DNA of 8,648 nucleotides from a virus (Duplodnaviria; Heunggongvirae; Uroviricota; Caudoviricetes): IMG/VR virus record IMGVR_UViG_2671180417_000011; one strand, 5' to 3'. Shown piece by piece: positions 5,216 to 8,648 of this stretch (position 1 is its first letter; each line of letters starts with the position of its first letter). The notes under the pieces were generated by a model. It saw only the letters and a program-made list of their open reading frames with translations, ran no database searches and was not told where the DNA came from. The position numbers and the translations under genes were made by a program.

Positions 5216-5521
5216 ATGGTAACCATAATCTGGAAAGAATCCAAAGGTACGGCAAAAAGCCGCTATAAAGCTCGCAGGGAAGAACTTATTGCAGAGCGGC
5301 GCAGTAGTGAAAGACTGACACGGAAGATTGCGCTAAAGATCTCTGGTTGCGTCGGAGCAGACAAAGCAGTATCACTCGGAAGCCTTCGCTGCAAGAAGGC
5401 AGAAGAAGTCGAGAGTAAACAGAACCGTATTTACTACCGCAAACCACGCAGTGAAATGGGTGTGACTTGCTCAGGCCGCCAGAAACAACGCGGAAAATCA
5501 ATTCCGGCTTATTACGATTGA
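5216..5521 (+). CDS. N-like transcription antitermination protein (arginine-rich motif)
   Basis: 101 aa; ATG 5216 with AAAGGAGA (5203-5210) at 6-nt spacing; the track ORF starts at an upstream GTG without SD. N-terminal basic segment GTAKSRYKARREELIAERRSSERLTRK; first gene after PL and nutL. Recalled resemblance to P22 gene 24 N-terminus is from memory. Confidence 0.6.
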   Translation: MVTIIWKESKGTAKSRYKARREELIAERRSSERLTRKIALKISGCVGADKAVSLGSLRCKKAEEVESKQNRIYYRKPRSEMGVTCSGRQKQRGKSIPAYYD

Positions 5522-5529
5522 GGTTAATG

Positions 5530-5811
5530 ATGAAGTTCAAATTGAACGATGAAGTTAAATGGTCAAGCTCATCAAACGGTGTAACGAAGGTAAAAATCGG
5601 GTTTATCGTCGAGGTGATTCCTCCTGGTGTCAACGTAAAAAAATTCGAACTAGGCCGTCTGCTAGATGCACCTGGCCTTCCGAGGAAAGAAGAGAGCTAT
5701 ATAGTTTGTGTAGGTTCAAGACCCGGATCTCGTGCCAAGCCAAAATATTACTGGCCGCGAGTTAATAACCTGCGTCGATTACAACAAAAAACTTGCGCCC
5801 TTAAAACTTGA
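5530..5811 (+). CDS. Hypothetical protein (93 aa)
   Basis: ATG 5530 (alternative 5527) with GAGG (5520-5523) upstream, 8 nt past the N-like stop; MKFKLNDEVKWSSSSNGVTKVKIGFIVEVIPPG...; no family recognised. Confidence 0.55.
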   Translation: MKFKLNDEVKWSSSSNGVTKVKIGFIVEVIPPGVNVKKFELGRLLDAPGLPRKEESYIVCVGSRPGSRAKPKYYWPRVNNLRRLQQKTCALKT

Positions 5812-5917
5812 AATTCTTCAGGCCGCCGGAAAAATGCAGCTTAAACTGGACGAATTCATCGACTGTATGGATGAAATGAATAAAGCAGTTCAGAAGCTTA
5901 AAGAGCTGACCGCCTGA
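5732..5917 (+). CDS. Possible small protein; start uncertain (GTG 5732, 61 aa, or ATG 5834, 27 aa)
   Basis: Track ORF begins at GTG and overlaps the preceding gene by 80 nt in another frame; internal ATG 5834 has only a weak GGA upstream. Fills an otherwise uncovered 137-bp gap. Confidence 0.25.
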   Translation: MPSQNITGRELITCVDYNKKLAPLKLEILQAAGKMQLKLDEFIDCMDEMNKAVQKLKELTA

Positions 5918-5948
5918 TATTAATAAATTGCAACTACCGGAGTTAACT

Positions 5949-6308
5949 ATGAATGAAACAGAACTGAAGCACATTATCGCCCTGCTTCTGGAAGATGCCA
6001 GACAGGTTTATCGACTTAGCCCAAATTCCGCAACGCAGGAACGCATCCGGATAGCGGAAACAGCACTGAAACAGGACAATGGAAACGGCATATCCAAATT
6101 TAGCGCCGCCAGTGAAAATGAAGTAATAGAAATAAACAGCAATATCAGCGACAGTTGCGTCGCTTACAGCCACCAAATAATTCGTGTAAGTGCAAGAATA
6201 ATGGAAGTGATGGCAAGTGAGCTTGAAAAGAACAACATCAAGCCCACTGATTGTTGTTTAAGAACCGTAATGAACGTTATTTATTACTCGATGTTCCGAA
6301 GTCGCTAA
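5949..6308 (+). CDS. Hypothetical protein (119 aa)
   Basis: ATG 5949 with GGAG (5939-5942) at 6-nt spacing; track ORF starts at an upstream TTG. MNETELKHIIALLLEDARQVYRLSPNSATQERIRIAETALKQ...; no family recognised. Confidence 0.6.
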   Translation: MNETELKHIIALLLEDARQVYRLSPNSATQERIRIAETALKQDNGNGISKFSAASENEVIEINSNISDSCVAYSHQIIRVSARIMEVMASELEKNNIKPTDCCLRTVMNVIYYSMFRSR

Positions 6309-6486
6309 CAGCGTCGAGTTTTTCATTAAAAAATGATTCAAATGCATCGTAAAATACGGCAATAGCACCGCCCTTATCTACCGCGGCAGGAACTGCCTTT
6401 TGAGGTATATCTTTCTCCGTAAATTGTGTGTTGTAAGTATCGACAGCCAGCCGCATCAGAAACATCACTTTTTCTTCTTGTGTCAT
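6277..6486 (-). CDS. Hypothetical protein (69 aa), antisense-oriented within the leftward operon
   Basis: ATG 6486 with strong AAGGAG 9 nt upstream on minus strand; 3' end overlaps the convergent 5949..6308 gene by 32 bp. MTQEEKVMFLMRLAVDTYNTQFTEKDIPQKAVPAAVDKGGAIAVFYDAFESFFNEKLDAVSDFGTSSNK. Confidence 0.6.
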   Translation of the reverse strand: MTQEEKVMFLMRLAVDTYNTQFTEKDIPQKAVPAAVDKGGAIAVFYDAFESFFNEKLDAVSDFGTSSNK

Positions 6487-6725
6487 AAATTCACTCTCCT
6501 TACGGGGTTTGTAGTTGAGGAGTTCTCCACGGGTGAGGTGGAGATCGTGCGCCGGACACGGGTGAGTTCCTGCACTCTCAGTTTACTGAACAGACATTAC
6601 CCTGAAAGCCAAGGTACTACACGAAAGCGCGAGGCGAAGACTCTTTCCCATAGAAGGATTGTCGTTAGATTTCTTCGACCGTGCGCTTCCGGTTGTGAAT
6701 AACAACATTGCTGTGTGTAACCCTT

Positions 6726-6769
6726 GGCGGATATCGGTTTGCCGATTGCTGATGTCCGCCCTTTTTAAA
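6726..6769 (+). terminator. Candidate intrinsic terminator on plus strand within a long non-coding region
   Basis: 10-bp stem ggcggatatc (6726-6735) / gatgtccgcc (6751-6760) with one G-U pair, then ctttttaaa (6761-6769). An alternative inner hairpin atcgg/ccgat also exists. No U-tract in the minus orientation. Confidence 0.45.
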
Positions 6770-6858
6770 GTGAATTTTGTGATGCGGTGAATGCGGCTCA
6801 GCGCACGCGGAACAGTTAAACCGACAGGATGTCACGGAAAGTCATCGTCCCCTGACCC

Positions 6859-6885
6859 GGCGTTAATTGTTAACTGGTTAACGCC
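6859..6885. promoter_or_regulatory. 8-bp inverted repeat GGCGTTAA-N11-TTAACGCC upstream of the 6943 gene (candidate regulator binding site)
   Basis: ggcgttaa (6859-6866) / ttaacgcc (6878-6885); spacer contains gttaac; followed by a second short hairpin cctgg/ccagg (6887-6901). Lies about 60-80 bp upstream of the 6943 start. Confidence 0.3.
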
Positions 6886-6942
6886 ACCTGGAGGCACCAG
6901 GCACCGCATCAACAAAGTTCATTTGTGAAAATGGAGATAATT

Positions 6943-7164
6943 ATGATTGCTCATCACTTCGGAACTGATGAAATACCACGTCAGTGCGTGACGCCTGGCG
7001 ATTATGTTCTTCATGAAGGTCGGACATATATCGCTTCAGCAAACAATATTGAAAAGAGAAAACTCTATATTCGTAACTTCACAACAAAAACATGCATTAC
7101 CGACTGCATGATTAAAGTTTTCATCGGGCGCGATGGCTTACCCGTAAAAGCAGCGTCGTTGTGA
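6943..7164 (+). CDS. Hypothetical small protein (73 aa) in an AT-rich segment
   Basis: ATG 6943 with GGAGA (6933-6937) at 5-nt spacing; track ORF starts at GTG 6925; alternative ATG 6931. [46 protein letters not shown]... Confidence 0.55.
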   Translation: MIAHHFGTDEIPRQCVTPGDYVLHEGRTYIASANNIEKRKLYIRNFTTKTCITDCMIKVFIGRDGLPVKAASL

Positions 7165-7247
7165 CGAGTAATAAAATACACCTTCCATATCTGTAACAGA
7201 CAAGCCGAAATAAAACCGCATTAATTATCAATCACGGAAAAATCAAA

Positions 7248-7634
7248 ATGAAAGAACTTGCGCAAAATGAAATATTTTCCAAAACCAGTCCTGATGCAAT
7301 AAATGAACTCAAAGAAATTGCAGAACGCATCAGTAAAATATGCAAAGAATACAAAATCGACTTTGTATTTTCTTTTTCAGTGCTTACAGAAGTTGGAAAT
7401 AACGAATATAAGGACAGTCGTTTTGTTTTATGTGGGTTAAATGGCAAAACACCAAGCCCATATATTCATGCTGCACGTGAAGTTGTCAGAAGCAACATTG
7501 GAGTACAACAAATCCATACACTTGCACAGGCTCTTGAGTTTGCAAGAGAAAATTCTGAGTGCGACTGCCCTGAATGCCAGCACGAAAAGGGAAAAACAAC
7601 TCACAAAACAGCAAACCAGGCAACCTTCCACTGA
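7248..7634 (+). CDS. Hypothetical protein (128 aa) with C-terminal CDCPEC cysteine cluster, AT-rich
   Basis: ATG 7248 with weak GGAAA upstream; visibly AT-richer than the replication genes; C-terminal ENSECDCPECQHEKGK; no family recognised. Confidence 0.55.
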   Translation: MKELAQNEIFSKTSPDAINELKEIAERISKICKEYKIDFVFSFSVLTEVGNNEYKDSRFVLCGLNGKTPSPYIHAAREVVRSNIGVQQIHTLAQALEFARENSECDCPECQHEKGKTTHKTANQATFH

Positions 7635-7639
7635 AATAA

Positions 7640-7667
7640 AAATCCGGCAGCGCAGGCTACCGGATTT
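7640..7667. other. Stable hairpin just after the 7248..7634 stop; terminator of ambiguous polarity
   Basis: 8-bp stem aaatccgg (7640-7647) / ccggattt (7660-7667), 12-nt loop. A-run upstream and weak ctccc downstream on plus; the minus orientation reads hairpin then tttatttc, a better U-tract. Confidence 0.35.
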
Positions 7668-7741
7668 CTCCCTGCGTCACCGTATTCGGAGAAATCAGAC
7701 AAAGGGCCGCTAATTCTAATCCAGCCAGAGGTTTAAATACA

Positions 7742-8605
7742 ATGAGCGCTGATAAACAGACTTTTGCACTACACTGCGAAGCAAAAAACGATAAAGTCAG
7801 AAAACGCCTTGGCATCAAAGGCGGTTTTTTCTGGACCGAGGCCAGAAAACTTTCTGTCGCAGTTTCCCGCTGCATTGCAGCCATGGACGATGCAGGCTAC
7901 GACGAGGATGATTTCAAAAAACCCGTTCGCGTAAATTTCCCCGTCGTGAATGACCTTCCACCGGAAGGCGTGTTTGATACTGAATTCTGCAACCGCTATG
8001 AAAAAGGCGGTAACGATGGCATCACCATGATGGCTATCCCCTTCGATGACAACATCAACGGTGAAGATGCCACAACTGCTGGCGATGACAACGATAACCT
8101 GGACGGAACTATTCCGGATGATGTGGAGAAAAGCGAATCCCCGGACAGCGACGATGACTGTTCTGAGTGTGAAATTCCCGTCGCCACTCTGAGCCTTACT
8201 CATCGCTTCCTTCACCTCTTCTTATTCAGCAAAGATGAAGATGGAAAATACCGGCATCATGCCACACCAGAACAACGCAATAACGTGATCCGTATGGAGA
8301 TGGACACAGAGGACAGTTACCTTCAGAGCCTGCTTACTGCTGTGCGCGCCGCGCATCATGAACTGGATAAACTGACGAACTATCACCTTAGTCGCCTGGC
8401 TGAATCTGTAGGGAAAGCATTCCCCCACTCTGCAAATCATCGCATCAGCCCGGCTGAATTCGACAAGTTCATTTCCACCTGGATGAAAACTGACTACCTT
8501 GATCAGGGCCTGCTGACAAAAGAATGGCAGAACGGAAATTATGTTTCAGGCATTACCCGTACGCCTTCCGGTGCTAAGGAAGGTGCGAACAAGTTCCTGA
8601 TATGA
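7742..8605 (+). CDS. Hypothetical protein (287 aa) with a strongly acidic central tract
   Basis: ATG 7742 with AGAGG (7727-7731) at 10-nt spacing; central acidic run DDNINGEDATTAGDDNDNLDGTIPDDVEKSESPDSDDDCSECE; stop overlaps a following ATG (ATGA at 8602-8605). No family recognised. Confidence 0.7.
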   Translation: MSADKQTFALHCEAKNDKVRKRLGIKGGFFWTEARKLSVAVSRCIAAMDDAGYDEDDFKKPVRVNFPVVNDLPPEGVFDTEFCNRYEKGGNDGITMMAIPFDDNINGEDATTAGDDNDNLDGTIPDDVEKSESPDSDDDCSECEIPVATLSLTHRFLHLFLFSKDEDGKYRHHATPEQRNNVIRMEMDTEDSYLQSLLTAVRAAHHELDKLTNYHLSRLAESVGKAFPHSANHRISPAEFDKFISTWMKTDYLDQGLLTKEWQNGNYVSGITRTPSGAKEGANKFLI

Positions 8606-8648
8606 GATCATCATATTCATCCGGAGCGCATCCCAGAGGGACATCATG

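Noticed and set aside
6400-6702. 100-aa plus-strand ORF in the long intergenic region
   Set aside because: TTG start without SD, overlaps the strongly supported minus gene 6277..6486, and its product is low-complexity; treated as non-coding.
6487-6924. tRNA or tmRNA gene as an integration-site remnant
   Set aside because: No T-arm-like GTTCRANNC motif with a CCA-compatible acceptor end was found by eye here or elsewhere in the window.
7657-8215. Minus-strand track ORFs (75, 148 and 63 aa) opposite the 287-aa gene
   Set aside because: Antisense shadow frames within a well-supported plus-strand gene; no RBS.

Overview
This window reads as the early-control and replication core of a lambdoid prophage, compositionally like an enterobacterial host; all calls are from reading the sequence and from recalled family patterns, with no database search. 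On the minus strand sits a rightward-type operon: Cro-like HTH (3465..3689), CII-like activator (3052..3348), a 72-aa duplicated-fragment ORF, a replication initiator with internal repeats (1716..2798), a DnaC-like helicase loader (969..1709), a tandem winged-helix protein (173..943) and a gene running off the left edge (1..157). Divergent from cro is an S24/LexA-type CI repressor (3800..4507, plus strand). Downstream of it are an intrinsic terminator, OL/PL, a nutL site, an N-like antiterminator (5216..5521) and a run of small unknown genes up to a 287-aa acidic protein (7742..8605). Regulatory elements found by eye include three 14-bp operators (ATAAC-N4-GTTAT) at OR and two to three at OL, nutL/nutR with the same GCTCTTTAACA boxA, and an OOP-like antisense terminator inside the 3' end of cII. 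No recognisable multi-gene defence system is present. The best candidates for undescribed biology are: a triplicated ~59-bp palindrome-bearing module in and upstream of the initiator gene; a small gene convergent with cI at the position lambda uses for rexAB; and an accessory block at 6277-7634 (antisense-oriented small gene, a 438-bp structured non-coding region, two AT-rich small ORFs), followed by the acidic 287-aa protein. A further gene appears to start at the extreme right edge (ATG 8602 or 8646).
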